A DNA stretch of 64,000 nucleotides. Source: an uncultured Chloroflexia bacterium. GTDB lineage: Bacteria; Chloroflexota; Limnocylindria; Limnocylindrales; CSP1-4. The stretch spans positions 1,824,001-1,888,000 of the forward strand of contig CAWEZH010000002.1 in assembly GCA_963813535.1 (NCBI GenBank), read 5' to 3'. A program made the position numbers and the translations under genes. Positions 9,591-19,279 of this stretch are shown here, piece by piece; position 1 is the first letter of the stretch, and each line of letters begins with the position of its first letter. The notes under the pieces were generated by a model. The model saw nothing but the letters and a program-made list of their open reading frames with translations, made no database searches and was not told the origin of the DNA.

Positions 9591-10232
9591 ATGGGCGACC
9601 ACCTGCGGGCCGCACGTCGGCGACGGCACCTCAGCCTGCGCGAGTTGGCCGGCCGCCTCGGCCTCTCCCCGAGTCTCATCTCCCAGGTCGAGACCGGCCG
9701 TGCGAAACCGTCGGTCAGCACGCTATACGCGATCGCGAACGAGCTCGACGTCTCGCTCGACGAGCTGCTGTTCAACGACGCGGGTCGAGCGGGACGTGGC
9801 GGCGATGCCGCCCTCCGGGTGGTCCCAACGGCGACGACTGCCGCTCCCCCCGTCTCGCCAGCGGGCGAGCCGGTCCAGCGCGCCGACGAGCGCAAGGTCA
9901 TCCGGCTGGCGTCCGGTGTCGTCTGGGAACGGCTGACCACCGACTCCGTCCCAGGCATCGACTTCCTCTATGTCACCTACGAAGTCGGCGGAGCGTCGAG
10001 CCCCGAGCATGAATTCCAGCGCCACGGCGGTCACGAGTGGGGGTACGTCTTGAGCGGCAAGCTCGGTGTGACGATCGGTTTCCAGGAGCACGAGCTCGGT
10101 CCGGGCGACTCGATCTCGATCGACTCGACGGTCCCGCACCGCCTGTACAACCGGGGCACCGTCCCGGTCCACGGCATCTGGTTCGTGCTCGGACGGCGAT
10201 CGCTGGACGTCCCCGGCCTGCGCGACGACTGA
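9591..10232 (+). CDS. XRE-family HTH plus cupin transcriptional regulator
   Basis: 'LSLRELAGRLGLSPSLISQVETG..PS' HTH; C-terminal cupin 'HGGHEWGYVLSG...PH'. The start may lie slightly upstream. Confidence 0.9.
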   Translation: MGDHLRAARRRRHLSLRELAGRLGLSPSLISQVETGRAKPSVSTLYAIANELDVSLDELLFNDAGRAGRGGDAALRVVPTATTAAPPVSPAGEPVQRADERKVIRLASGVVWERLTTDSVPGIDFLYVTYEVGGASSPEHEFQRHGGHEWGYVLSGKLGVTIGFQEHELGPGDSISIDSTVPHRLYNRGTVPVHGIWFVLGRRSLDVPGLRDD

Positions 10233-11170
10233 TGGGCGCGCCGAGACACGTCGTCGGACATCTCGACTGGTCGTTCGCCGAAGCGCCGTTGCCGCCGAGC
10301 GCGACATCGAGCGGCCTCGCCCGCCACCGCTTCATCGGCCGTGACGAAGGCGCCGTCCACACCGACCTTTCGGCGATCGTGCTGCATCCCGGCGGTTGGC
10401 TCGCGCCCCACGTCCACAGTTACGAGGAAGCGCTGTACATCCTCGAGGGCGACATGCTGTTCCTCATCGGCGAGCGGGTGCACCGCGTGACCGGTGGCGA
10501 CTACACCTTGATGCCCACGGGGATGCGCCACGGCATCGCCAATACCGGAACTCGGCCGGTGCGCTTCCTCTCGCTCAACTCACCCCAGAAACAGGACCCG
10601 GATAGCGGCCGGATCGACACCTACTTCGAGGTGCCCCAAGACGTGGCTGCCTGGGAGGCCAGCGCTGAACGGCCGCCGTTCGGCGACCCGACGCTCCGGT
10701 TCGTCGGCCACTATGAGGGCACCGGGCCGCAGCTCGAGGCGCTCGCGGTGACCGATCCAGCGCGGGGGCGGGCGCCCGCCGGCGCCGACACCGCGATCCT
10801 CGCGTACAGCGGGATCTCGGTGAAGATGCTCGTCGACCGCGGGTTCGGTGCGGACCACTCGACGATGTTCACGGTCGACTACGAGCTCGGCGGCTCGGCT
10901 CAGCAGCACGACCACCCGTTCGAGGAGGCGTACGTCTTCCTCGCGGGCGAGGTCGAGGGCGAGTTCGACGGCCAGCCGTACACGTTCCGGCCGGGTGACT
11001 TCGCGTTCGCACCGGTCGGCTCGGTCCATGGCTTCTACAACACCGGCACCGAACGGGTCCGCTGGCTCGAGACGCAGGCGCCCCAGCCGCCCGCGCGTCA
11101 GGCCTATCGCTGGGTGGCCAGCTGGGAGACGTACGAGGCCGCCCGAGCGGCCGAGCGAGGAGGAAGCTGA
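10232..11170 (+). CDS. Bicupin protein
   Basis: Two cupin motifs (HVHSYEE...H; HDHPFEE...H); TGATG overlap with the upstream gene. Confidence 0.85.
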   Translation: MGAPRHVVGHLDWSFAEAPLPPSATSSGLARHRFIGRDEGAVHTDLSAIVLHPGGWLAPHVHSYEEALYILEGDMLFLIGERVHRVTGGDYTLMPTGMRHGIANTGTRPVRFLSLNSPQKQDPDSGRIDTYFEVPQDVAAWEASAERPPFGDPTLRFVGHYEGTGPQLEALAVTDPARGRAPAGADTAILAYSGISVKMLVDRGFGADHSTMFTVDYELGGSAQQHDHPFEEAYVFLAGEVEGEFDGQPYTFRPGDFAFAPVGSVHGFYNTGTERVRWLETQAPQPPARQAYRWVASWETYEAARAAERGGS

Positions 11171-11868
11171 TGGCGGACGGATCGGTCGTCATCGTCGGAG
11201 GCACGCGGGCGATCGGTTTCGAGCTCGCCCGCCACTATGCGGAGGGAGGCGACCAGGTCGTGCTGACCGGTCGGGATCCCGACAACGTGGCATCGGCGGT
11301 CGCCGAGCTCGGTGGGAGCACCGGAGGGGCGACGTTCGATCTGGCCGAGCCGACCTCGATCGCATCCGCGCTCGCTAGCGTCGGGCCGGTCCGCCGGCTC
11401 GCGCTCGTGGCGATCGACCGCGACCAGAACACCGTGGCCGACTACGACATCCGCAAGGCCATCCGGCTTGTGACCCTCAAGCTCGTCGGCTACACCGAGG
11501 TGGTCCACACCCTGCGTGAGCGCCTGACCGACGATGCATCGCTGGTCCTGTTCGGCGGGATGGCGAAGGAGCGACCCTATCCGGGGTCGACCACCGTCAC
11601 GACGGTCAACGGCGGCGTGGTCGGCCTGACGCGGACGCTGGTCGAGGAGCTCAAGCCGTTGCGGGTCAACTCGATCCATCCGGGCGTCGTCGGCGACAGC
11701 CCGTACTGGGCGGAGAAGACCGCGGCGGTCGAGCGCTACACGTCGGAGACGCCGCTGGGCCGTCTCGCGAACATGTCCGAGATCGTCGGTGCGGCCGTGT
11801 TCCTGCTCGAGAACACCGCGGTCAACGGTGTCGACCTCATCGTCGACGGCGGCTGGCACACGAGGTAG
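11170..11868 (+). CDS. Atypical short-chain dehydrogenase/reductase
   Basis: GGTRAIG, RVNSIHPG, VDGG motifs; no YxxxK catalytic motif. Confidence 0.85.
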   Translation: MADGSVVIVGGTRAIGFELARHYAEGGDQVVLTGRDPDNVASAVAELGGSTGGATFDLAEPTSIASALASVGPVRRLALVAIDRDQNTVADYDIRKAIRLVTLKLVGYTEVVHTLRERLTDDASLVLFGGMAKERPYPGSTTVTTVNGGVVGLTRTLVEELKPLRVNSIHPGVVGDSPYWAEKTAAVERYTSETPLGRLANMSEIVGAAVFLLENTAVNGVDLIVDGGWHTR

Positions 11869-11989
11869 CCGGTCGACCATCGCGGCCCATCCGCGCGTTG
11901 GGCCTTCCGTGCGCTCGCTCACGCACGTTGGAGTGCGCTCGCTCGCGTACTCAGTCCCGCCTTCGGCTGGACCACGCTTGTCGACCGGC
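11868..11989. repeat. Structured intergenic element (REP/MITE-like)
   Basis: Terminal 10-bp inverted repeat GCCGGTCGAC/GTCGACCGGC; internal direct repeat GTGCGCTCGCTC at 11909 and 11933. Confidence 0.55.
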
Positions 11990-12030
11990 GAAGGATCCGG
12001 GCTGGCGACCCGGCGAATACTCGAGCGGAG

Positions 12031-12522
12031 CTACGCCCGGGCAGCGCCCGCCGCTCCCCAGCGCTTGAGCTCAGCATCGAGGTCGAGCGGCATCACGACG
12101 CCCTTGCTCTCGTACTCACCCCACGCCTCGCGCGGGACACGCCACATGATCTCGAACTCGTTGCCGTCCGGGTCGGCGCCGTAGAGCGACTTGCTCACAC
12201 CGTGATCGGACGCGCCGCCGAGGGCCCGCTCGTCCGACAACGTCTGGGCCGCCGCGGCGAGGTCGTCGATGGTCGGGACCTCCCAGGCCAGGTGGTACAG
12301 GCCGACCGAGCCGCGCGCGGGCCGCGGTGCGTCCGGTCCGACCGAGAACAGGCCAAGATCGTGGTGGTTCTCGCCACTCGCCGAGCGCAGGAAGACGGCT
12401 CGGCCACCGAAGGCGCTTTCCACCACCTCGAACCCGAAGACACGGCCATAGAACTCGGCCGACGCCGTGGCGTCACGGACGTACAGGACGGCGTGGTTCA
12501 ACCGCGCGACCGGGATGCTCAT
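12031..12522 (-). CDS. VOC/glyoxalase family protein
   Basis: LNHAVLYV, HHDLGL, GLYHLAW, DPDGNEFE motifs. Confidence 0.9.
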   Translation of the reverse strand: MSIPVARLNHAVLYVRDATASAEFYGRVFGFEVVESAFGGRAVFLRSASGENHHDLGLFSVGPDAPRPARGSVGLYHLAWEVPTIDDLAAAAQTLSDERALGGASDHGVSKSLYGADPDGNEFEIMWRVPREAWGEYESKGVVMPLDLDAELKRWGAAGAARA

Positions 12523-13187
12523 GACCTGCCGGCTCCGCCGGTCTGACTCGCCGCGCCGGCAGGAGCGCCGACCAGCTTCCAGCCCGACTGCCACGTGCCC
12601 TCGTTGACGATGTTGAGCGCCATGTTCAGGAATGCCAGCGCTTCGAGCTGCCGGGCTCGGACGAGCGGGCCGACGTCGATCGGGCGGAGACCGACCGCGC
12701 GGACCAGCTCGAGGACCTTGGCCTTGGCCTTCGGATCGTCGCCGGCGACGTACCCGTCGAGCTGAAGGCCGTCGGCCATCGGGTCGACCTGATGCGTCGC
12801 GAACAGCGTGTTGAAAGCCTTGACGACCTGGCTGTCGGGGAGGAGCGCCGCCACGGCTTCAGCGTTCGACGAGGTAGTGTCGATGTCCGGGCCGGCCTCG
12901 CCGAACGAGATCCGGTTGGTGACGTCGACGACCGGCTTGCCCGCGGCAGGCGCGGCGATGTCGGCGGCGACCGCCTCGAGGTTGTCGAACCCGACGGCCG
13001 GGATGACGACGTCACCCTCCGCTGCGGCTTCGGCATTCGTTTCGACCGATCTCGCGCCCGATGCAGCCGCCGCGTCCGCGGCGTCCTTGGCGTGGCGCGA
13101 CGTGATGATGACGTCATGTCCCGCGCGCGCGAGCGACGTTGCGAGGGCTGTGCCGACGTTGCCGGCTCCGATGATCGCGACCTTCAT
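12519..13187 (-). CDS. NADPH-dependent F420 reductase family (F420_oxidored)
   Basis: IIGAGNVG, VVDVTN, VVKAFNT, 'AGDD..AK..V' motifs. Confidence 0.88.
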   Translation of the reverse strand: MKVAIIGAGNVGTALATSLARAGHDVIITSRHAKDAADAAAASGARSVETNAEAAAEGDVVIPAVGFDNLEAVAADIAAPAAGKPVVDVTNRISFGEAGPDIDTTSSNAEAVAALLPDSQVVKAFNTLFATHQVDPMADGLQLDGYVAGDDPKAKAKVLELVRAVGLRPIDVGPLVRARQLEALAFLNMALNIVNEGTWQSGWKLVGAPAGAASQTGGAGRS

Positions 13188-13246
13188 CGCATGATCCTCC
13201 ATTCGCTCCGAGACTCCCGGGCCTCGGCTGTTTCGTTGCTTCCGCA

Positions 13247-13286
13247 ACCATAGTCGGATGTTATACTGATGTCAATACCGTATTGA
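13247..13286 (-). promoter_or_regulatory. Sigma70 promoter of the F420-reductase operon with overlapping palindromic operator
   Basis: Minus strand TTGACA (13275-13270), N17, TATGGT (13252-13247); palindrome TCAATAC-C-GTATTGA at 13272-13286. Confidence 0.7.
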
Positions 13287-13301
13287 TGAGGGCAAACTAG
13301 C

Positions 13302-13871
13302 ATGGCGCCTGAAACCCGTGCGACAGACGACAGGGGTACTCGCCTTGCGGTCGGTTCACAGATCCGGCGCTGGCGCGGCGTCCGCCGCCTGACCCTGGCC
13401 CAGGTCGCAGCGGGTAGTGGCCTCAACGTCGGCTACCTGTCGCAGATCGAGAACGACAAGGCGTCGCCCTCGCTGGCCGTGTTGGGCCAGATCGCCGACG
13501 TACTCGACGTCCCGGCGGCCTGGTTCCTCATGGGCGACGTCCCGCCCCCGACGGTCGTCCGCGCACGCGAGCGGCCGGTCGCCCAGGGCGACCTGGGACG
13601 GATCGAACACGTCGACGGGCGGTCGTCCCGAGACGTCACGATCATCGAGGCGATCGCCCAGCCGGGTGGCCGGGTCGGGATGCACTCGCACGCCGGCGAC
13701 GAGCACCACCTCATCCTTCGCGGCCGGTTGCGAGCGACGCAAGGCGAGCACACCGTCGAGCTCGGTCCGGGCGACTACCTGCGCTGGGACGGATCGATCC
13801 CGCACGAGGCCGAAGTCGTGGGTGACGAGGACGCCGCCGTGCTGATCGTGCGCATCCGACCGCGCGACTGA
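13302..13871 (+). CDS. XRE-family HTH plus cupin transcriptional regulator
   Basis: 'LTLAQVA..SGLNVGYLSQIEND.ASPSL' HTH; cupin 'HSHAGDEHH...PH'. Confidence 0.9.
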   Translation: MAPETRATDDRGTRLAVGSQIRRWRGVRRLTLAQVAAGSGLNVGYLSQIENDKASPSLAVLGQIADVLDVPAAWFLMGDVPPPTVVRARERPVAQGDLGRIEHVDGRSSRDVTIIEAIAQPGGRVGMHSHAGDEHHLILRGRLRATQGEHTVELGPGDYLRWDGSIPHEAEVVGDEDAAVLIVRIRPRD

Positions 13872-13891
13872 CGTGGTCGTACCATCGCGAC

Positions 13892-14668
13892 GTGACCCGT
13901 CGCGCGATCACGTACGCGTCCTACCTGAAGGTCCCCGAGCTGCTGTCGCTCCAGATCGAGCGTTCGGCTGGCGCGGATGGCGCCGAGCACGATGAGCTGC
14001 TCTTCATCGTCGTCCACCAGGTCTACGAGCTGTGGTTCAAGTCGCTGCGTCACGAGCTCCAGGGCGTCCAGCTCGCGCTCGAGGACGGGGACACCGACCG
14101 CGCGCTCCATCTGCTGAACCGGGTGCTGAAGATCCTCAAGACCCTGGTCGCCCAGGTCGACGTGCTCGAGACGATGACCCCGCTCCAGTTCCTGTCCTTC
14201 CGCGATCGGCTCGATTCCGCGTCGGGCTTCCAGTCGGCCGGGTTCCGGGCGATCGAGGCCATGCTCGGCTCGCGCGACAGCGCCGCGGTCGACGCCCAGC
14301 CGGAGGGATCAGCCGGGCGCCGGTCTGTCACCGAGGCGCAAGCGGCGTCGTCGGTCTGGGAGTCGTTCCTGGGCTATCTCGTCGAGCGCGGCCATCCCAT
14401 CCCCGACGACGCGACCGAGCCCGACGAGCGCGTCCAGGACATGCTGATCGCCGCCTACCGCGAGGACCCGGATGCGGCGCTGGTGGCGGAGCGGCTGGTC
14501 GACCTCGACGAGGGCATCCAGGAGTGGCGCTACCGGCACGTCAAGATGGTCGAGCGGACGATCGGCACCAAACGCGGGACCGGCGGTTCCAGCGGGGTGG
14601 AGTACCTGCGCGGGACACTCTTCCGCCCGGCCTTCCCGGACCTGTGGGAGATCCGCTCGCGCCTCTGA
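13892..14668 (+). CDS. kynA: Tryptophan 2,3-dioxygenase
   Basis: YLK..ELLSLQ, HDELLFI..HQVYELWFK, ASGFQS, WRYRH..MVERTIG.KRGTGGSSG..YL. Confidence 0.95.
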   Translation: MTRRAITYASYLKVPELLSLQIERSAGADGAEHDELLFIVVHQVYELWFKSLRHELQGVQLALEDGDTDRALHLLNRVLKILKTLVAQVDVLETMTPLQFLSFRDRLDSASGFQSAGFRAIEAMLGSRDSAAVDAQPEGSAGRRSVTEAQAASSVWESFLGYLVERGHPIPDDATEPDERVQDMLIAAYREDPDAALVAERLVDLDEGIQEWRYRHVKMVERTIGTKRGTGGSSGVEYLRGTLFRPAFPDLWEIRSRL

Positions 14669-14680
14669 CCGCGGGTCGGG

Positions 14681-15301
14681 TCAGGCGCGCGGCACCGATG
14701 TGACGCGCGGGTCGCTGTAGCCGTGGCTCGCGATCTCCTTGGCGCGGTCGCCGTAGACCGCCGTGCTCGGTGGCGTCGCCGCGCGGAACCCGTCGACCAT
14801 CCGGTTGTACATCGAGAAGGCGGCGGCGATCAGGACGGCGAGCTGGACGTCGGCGTCGGTCGCACCAGCCTCGTGGGCAGTGGCGACGTCGCCGTCGGTC
14901 AGGGCCAGGCCGTCGTGGCGAACAGTCCGGGCGATGTGGAGGAGCGCCGCCATCTTCGGGCCCAGCCCGTCTGACGAGCCGACCTTGATGGTTTCGATGA
15001 TCGGGATCAGGTCCACCGAGCCGTCGTTCTCCAGCAATGCCGTCGCGAACGCCCCATGCGAGTCCATGCAGTAGAAGCAGTCGTTCGCGGCAGAGACGGC
15101 CGTCGCCAGCATCTCTCGCTCGGCCCGCTGCAGGGTGGTGCCCGGGAAGTCGTGCACGAGCAGTTCGTCGGCGAGCCCGCGGAGGTGGACACCGAGACCG
15201 GGCGTCAACCGGATCGCGGTCAGGATCCCCGGCGCATCCGGCAGGCTTCCGACCAGGATCGGTTGCTGCGAACGGGCGAAGCGCTCGTCGTCGCGTGCCA
15301 T
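14681..15301 (-). CDS. AhpD/carboxymuconolactone decarboxylase family peroxidase-related protein
   Basis: 'REMLATAVSAANDCFYCMDSH' CxxC motif; 'FSMYNRMVDG'. Confidence 0.85.
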   Translation of the reverse strand: MARDDERFARSQQPILVGSLPDAPGILTAIRLTPGLGVHLRGLADELLVHDFPGTTLQRAEREMLATAVSAANDCFYCMDSHGAFATALLENDGSVDLIPIIETIKVGSSDGLGPKMAALLHIARTVRHDGLALTDGDVATAHEAGATDADVQLAVLIAAAFSMYNRMVDGFRAATPPSTAVYGDRAKEIASHGYSDPRVTSVPRA

Positions 15302-15471
15302 CGGTGGCGTCTCCTTCGCTCGGGGTCGGGTCGGTGCAGTATCGGGCACCCGGAGGTATCGCGCGATCGACACCGTGGGGCTTGTCCACGCGGTAGACTT
15401 CGCGCCGACCCCATGCGTCCTCCGCGGCTCCCCCACGTCCGCGGATCCGTCATCTCGAACAGGTGGTGCCC

Positions 15472-16620
15472 ATGAAGGTCGGTGTCGCCAAGGAGACCGC
15501 GCCCGGAGAACGGCGCGTCGCCCTGGTACCCGAAGCGCTCGGTCGGCTGCAGTCGGCCGGGCTCGAGATCGTCGTCGAGGCCGGCGCCGGCGCCGGCGCC
15601 GCGATCCCCGACAGTGCCTACGCCGAGGCCGGCGCGACGATCGTCCCGACGGACGCGTTCTACCAGCAGGCGGATGTGGTCCTGCGGGTCGCCAAGCCGA
15701 CGGCCGAGGAGACGGGCAGGCTGCGCTCGGGGCAGGCGGTCCTCGGGCTGCTGGCCCCGCTCATCGATCCAGCGCTTGCGAAGGACCTCGCCGCGAAGGG
15801 CGTCACCGCCATCAGCCTCGACGCGATCCCGCGGACGCTCTCTCGGGCACAGTCGATGGACGCACTCAGCAGCCAGGCGAACGTCGGCGGCTACAAGGCC
15901 GTCCTCCTCGCCGCGAACGCGTACGGTCGCTACTTCCCGTTGCTGACCACGGCCGCGGGCACCGCCAAGCCCGCCAACGTGCTCATCCTCGGCATCGGCG
16001 TCGCGGGGCTCCAGGCCATCGGCACCGCCAGGCGTCTGGGCGCGGTGGTCAAGGCGTACGACGTCCGGCCGGAGACCCGCGAGCAGGCCGAGAGCCTCGG
16101 TGCCCAGTTCGTCAAGCTCAAGACCACGATCGACGCGACCGGTGCCGGCGGCTATGCGCGCGAGCTGACGGCCGAGGAGCGGGCAGCTCAGCAGGCTGAG
16201 CTCAACGAGGTCATCGGTGGCATGGACGTGGTGATCACGACCGCCCAGGTGCCGGGTCGCAAGCCGCCGCTCCTGGTGACCGCCGAGGCCGTCGGACAGA
16301 TGAAGCCTGGCTCGGTGATCGTCGACATGGCGGCGAGCGCGCTGGGCGGGAACTGCGAGCTGTCGAAGGCCGGCGAGACGGTCGTGACCCCGGATGGGGT
16401 GACGATCATCGCGCCGGAGAACCTGCCGGCATCGATGCCGGCAGGTGCCTCAGCGTTCTACGCCCGCAACATCTCGGCACTCCTCCTCGGCATGGTCAAG
16501 GACGGCGCGCTCCACCTCGACTTCGAGGACGAGGTGACGCAGGCCACGGTCATCACCAAGGACGGCCAGGTCGTGTCCGAGGCCGTCAAGAAGCTGCTCG
16601 AGCCCGGAGGCCAGGCATGA
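15472..16620 (+). CDS. pntAA: NAD(P) transhydrogenase alpha subunit part 1
   Basis: KETAPGERRVAL, RAQSMDALSSQA, GIGVAGLQA, GGYA, GGNCE motifs. Confidence 0.95.
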   Translation: MKVGVAKETAPGERRVALVPEALGRLQSAGLEIVVEAGAGAGAAIPDSAYAEAGATIVPTDAFYQQADVVLRVAKPTAEETGRLRSGQAVLGLLAPLIDPALAKDLAAKGVTAISLDAIPRTLSRAQSMDALSSQANVGGYKAVLLAANAYGRYFPLLTTAAGTAKPANVLILGIGVAGLQAIGTARRLGAVVKAYDVRPETREQAESLGAQFVKLKTTIDATGAGGYARELTAEERAAQQAELNEVIGGMDVVITTAQVPGRKPPLLVTAEAVGQMKPGSVIVDMAASALGGNCELSKAGETVVTPDGVTIIAPENLPASMPAGASAFYARNISALLLGMVKDGALHLDFEDEVTQATVITKDGQVVSEAVKKLLEPGGQA

Positions 16621-16949
16621 CCCCCGAAGAGGTTGACGCGCTGCTCACAGCGCTGACGATCTTCACCCTCGCGATCCTCGTCGGGTTCGCGGTGATCAGC
16701 AAGGTGCCCGCCACGCTGCACACGCCGCTGATGTCGGGGGCCAACTCGATCCACGGCATCGTGCTGGTCGGCGCGATGCTCATCGCGGCGACCGCGAGCG
16801 GCGGTCTGAGCCAGCTGCTGTCGCTGATCGCGGTGGCGTTCGCGACGATGAACGTGGTTGGCGGCTACGTCGTCACCGACCGCATGCTCCAGATGTTCAG
16901 GAAGAAGCCGGTCGCTCCGAAGCCGGCCGCCGACGAGGCGGAGGCCTAG
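16617..16949 (+). CDS. pntAB: NAD(P) transhydrogenase alpha subunit part 2
   Basis: LHTPLMSGANSIHG and NVVGGYVVTDRML motifs. Confidence 0.95.
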   Translation: MTPEEVDALLTALTIFTLAILVGFAVISKVPATLHTPLMSGANSIHGIVLVGAMLIAATASGGLSQLLSLIAVAFATMNVVGGYVVTDRMLQMFRKKPVAPKPAADEAEA

Positions 16950-16950
16950 C

Positions 16951-18390
16951 GTGACCACGCTCGACATCATCGAGATCCTCGTCCGGATCGCCTGGCTGGC
17001 AGGCGCCGTGGCGTTCGTCATCGGGCTGGCCCGGATGAACTCCCCCGCGACGGCCCGGAACGGCAACCTCGTGTCGGCCGGCGGCATGGTCCTGGCCATC
17101 AGCGCGACTGCCGTGCTGATCCTCGCCCGCCAGCTGCTCGCACCGGAGAGCTTCGGCATCCGGGTCTCGAGCTGGGCGATCATCATCGGCGGGATCATCA
17201 TCGGCGGTGGGCTGGGCCTCTACGCCGCACGGGTCGTGAAGATGACCGCGATGCCGCAGCTCGTGTCGCTGTTCAACGCGGTCGGCGGCGGCGCCGCGGC
17301 GCTCATCGCGATCGACGACTACCTGGGTCTGCTCGATGTCGCCCACATCCGGATCGATGAGCACATCTTCATCGTCCTCGACATCATCATCGGCTCGATC
17401 ACCTTCACCGGGTCGCTGATCGCGTCCGGCAAGCTGCAGGGCCTCGTCCCCGGCAGGCCGATCCTGATCCCCGGCGGCCGCATCGTGACGCTGGCGCTCG
17501 CCGGCGTGACCGTCGTGGCAGCGGCCGTGCTGTTCGCGACCGGCGTCCCCAGCCTCGCGCTGATCCTCCTGATCCTCGCCGCGGCGCTGATCTTCGGCGT
17601 GACGATGACGCTGCCGATCGGTGGCGCCGACATGCCGGTCGTCATCAGCCTGCTGAACTCGTTCACGGGTACAGCCGTCGCGATGGCCGGCTTCGTGATC
17701 GACAACCCGGTGCTGATCATCGCGGGTGCGCTGGTCGGTGCGTCGGGCGCGATCCTGACGAAGCTGATGGCCGACGCCATGAACCGGTCGGTCATCAACA
17801 TCATGATCGGCGGCTTCGGTGGCGGCGACGAGGCCGCGACGGCCGGCGCCGAGGCAGGCGGGTCGGTGCGGTCCATCAGTCCGGACGACGTCGCGATCCA
17901 GCTCGCCTACGCCCAGCACGTCATCGTCGTGCCGGGCTACGGCCTGGCGGTCGCGCAGGCGCAGCACGCCGTCCGTGAGCTCGCCGAATTGCTCGAGGAT
18001 CGTGGCGTCGACGTGAAGTACGCGATCCATCCCGTCGCCGGGCGAATGCCCGGCCACATGAACGTGCTGCTCGCCGAGGCGAACGTGCCCTATCCGCAGC
18101 TCAAGGAGATGGACGACATCAACCCGGAGTTCGAGCGGGCGGACGTGGCGCTGGTCATCGGGGCGAACGATGTCACCAACCCGGCCGCCCGGCGACCCGG
18201 GTCACCCGTGTCCGGCATGCCGATCCTCGACGTCGACAAGGCGAAGTCCATCGTCGTGATCAAGCGATCGATGGGTAAGGGCTACGCCGGCATCGACAAC
18301 GAGCTGTACACGAACGACAAGACCGGGATGCTCTTCGCCGACGCGAAGGAGGGGCTGGCGGCGTTGACCGCGGCGGTCAAGGCGCTCTAG
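16951..18390 (+). CDS. pntB: NAD(P) transhydrogenase beta subunit
   Basis: MTAMPQLV, GGADMPVVISLLNS, HPVAGRMPGHMNVLLAEA, GANDVTN. Confidence 0.96.
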   Translation: MTTLDIIEILVRIAWLAGAVAFVIGLARMNSPATARNGNLVSAGGMVLAISATAVLILARQLLAPESFGIRVSSWAIIIGGIIIGGGLGLYAARVVKMTAMPQLVSLFNAVGGGAAALIAIDDYLGLLDVAHIRIDEHIFIVLDIIIGSITFTGSLIASGKLQGLVPGRPILIPGGRIVTLALAGVTVVAAAVLFATGVPSLALILLILAAALIFGVTMTLPIGGADMPVVISLLNSFTGTAVAMAGFVIDNPVLIIAGALVGASGAILTKLMADAMNRSVINIMIGGFGGGDEAATAGAEAGGSVRSISPDDVAIQLAYAQHVIVVPGYGLAVAQAQHAVRELAELLEDRGVDVKYAIHPVAGRMPGHMNVLLAEANVPYPQLKEMDDINPEFERADVALVIGANDVTNPAARRPGSPVSGMPILDVDKAKSIVVIKRSMGKGYAGIDNELYTNDKTGMLFADAKEGLAALTAAVKAL

Positions 18391-18667
18391 CGACGGCATC
18401 GTTCCGGTGCGCCGTCGCACCGAGGGGGAGGCCATCTCGAGAGTCGCCTCCGGCGTGATCCGCCGTTCGGACGGGGTCGGATCGGCCGGGCGATGACGCC
18501 CCCGCAGCCCGTGTCGGTACTGGCCCGGGCAGGACCATCGTGCTATCCGCTCTCGACGATTGTGCAATGTCGCCTGCAAGGACTCGCGAAGTAGGCTCGG
18601 CCACGGGTCGACTCGATGTCGCCCACCACGCGATATCGACCGATCTTCGTCGGGAGTCCCCACTTCG

Positions 18668-19279
18668 ATGCCAACGCTCCGTCTTCCCCGCATACCGCGA
18701 CGTCGCCGTCGAGCCGAGGGCCAGACCCTCGTCGAGTTCGCGTTGGTCTTTCCGATCTTCGTCACGCTGGTCATGGGCCTCATCGAGTTCTCGTTCGTCT
18801 TCAACGCGATGCTGTCGGTCAACTACGCCGCGCGCGATGCGGCGCTGGCGGCGGCCGAGGCCGGTGACACGCTCGGCGCGGACTGCGTGGTCCTGTCGGC
18901 GATCGAGAGCGCCATCGGCGCCCCGACTGCCGACAATCGGATCCAGCTCGTCGAGATCTACGAGACCACGCCGAACGGGGTCATGTTCGGGAGCCCGACG
19001 ACCTACACGCGCACCGGCTCGCAGCTGTGCACCTTCGTCGACGGCTCCACCTCGACCGTCCCATACACCCGGACGGGGAACGGCTACCCCGAAGCGAACC
19101 GCTGCAACATCCTTGGCGGTTGCGACGTCAGCAACCCCAACGACACGGTCGACAACATCGGCGTCCGCATCACCTATAGACACTCCTGGGTGACGCCGCT
19201 CCGCAACTTCGTGGGTGGCGGCAGCGGCGGACTGACCTTCGACCGCTCGAGCATCATGCGCATGGAGCCGGTCCTGTGA
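18668..19279 (+). CDS. TadE-family minor pilin
   Basis: Basic leader, then prepilin site G|QTLVEFALVFP, TM helix, 'YAARDAA'. Confidence 0.9.
   Translation: MPTLRLPRIPRRRRRAEGQTLVEFALVFPIFVTLVMGLIEFSFVFNAMLSVNYAARDAALAAAEAGDTLGADCVVLSAIESAIGAPTADNRIQLVEIYETTPNGVMFGSPTTYTRTGSQLCTFVDGSTSTVPYTRTGNGYPEANRCNILGGCDVSNPNDTVDNIGVRITYRHSWVTPLRNFVGGGSGGLTFDRSSIMRMEPVL

Noticed and set aside
18391-18667. c-di-GMP or other riboswitch upstream of the tad genes
   Set aside because: No recognisable aptamer consensus by eye; an Rfam scan would be needed.
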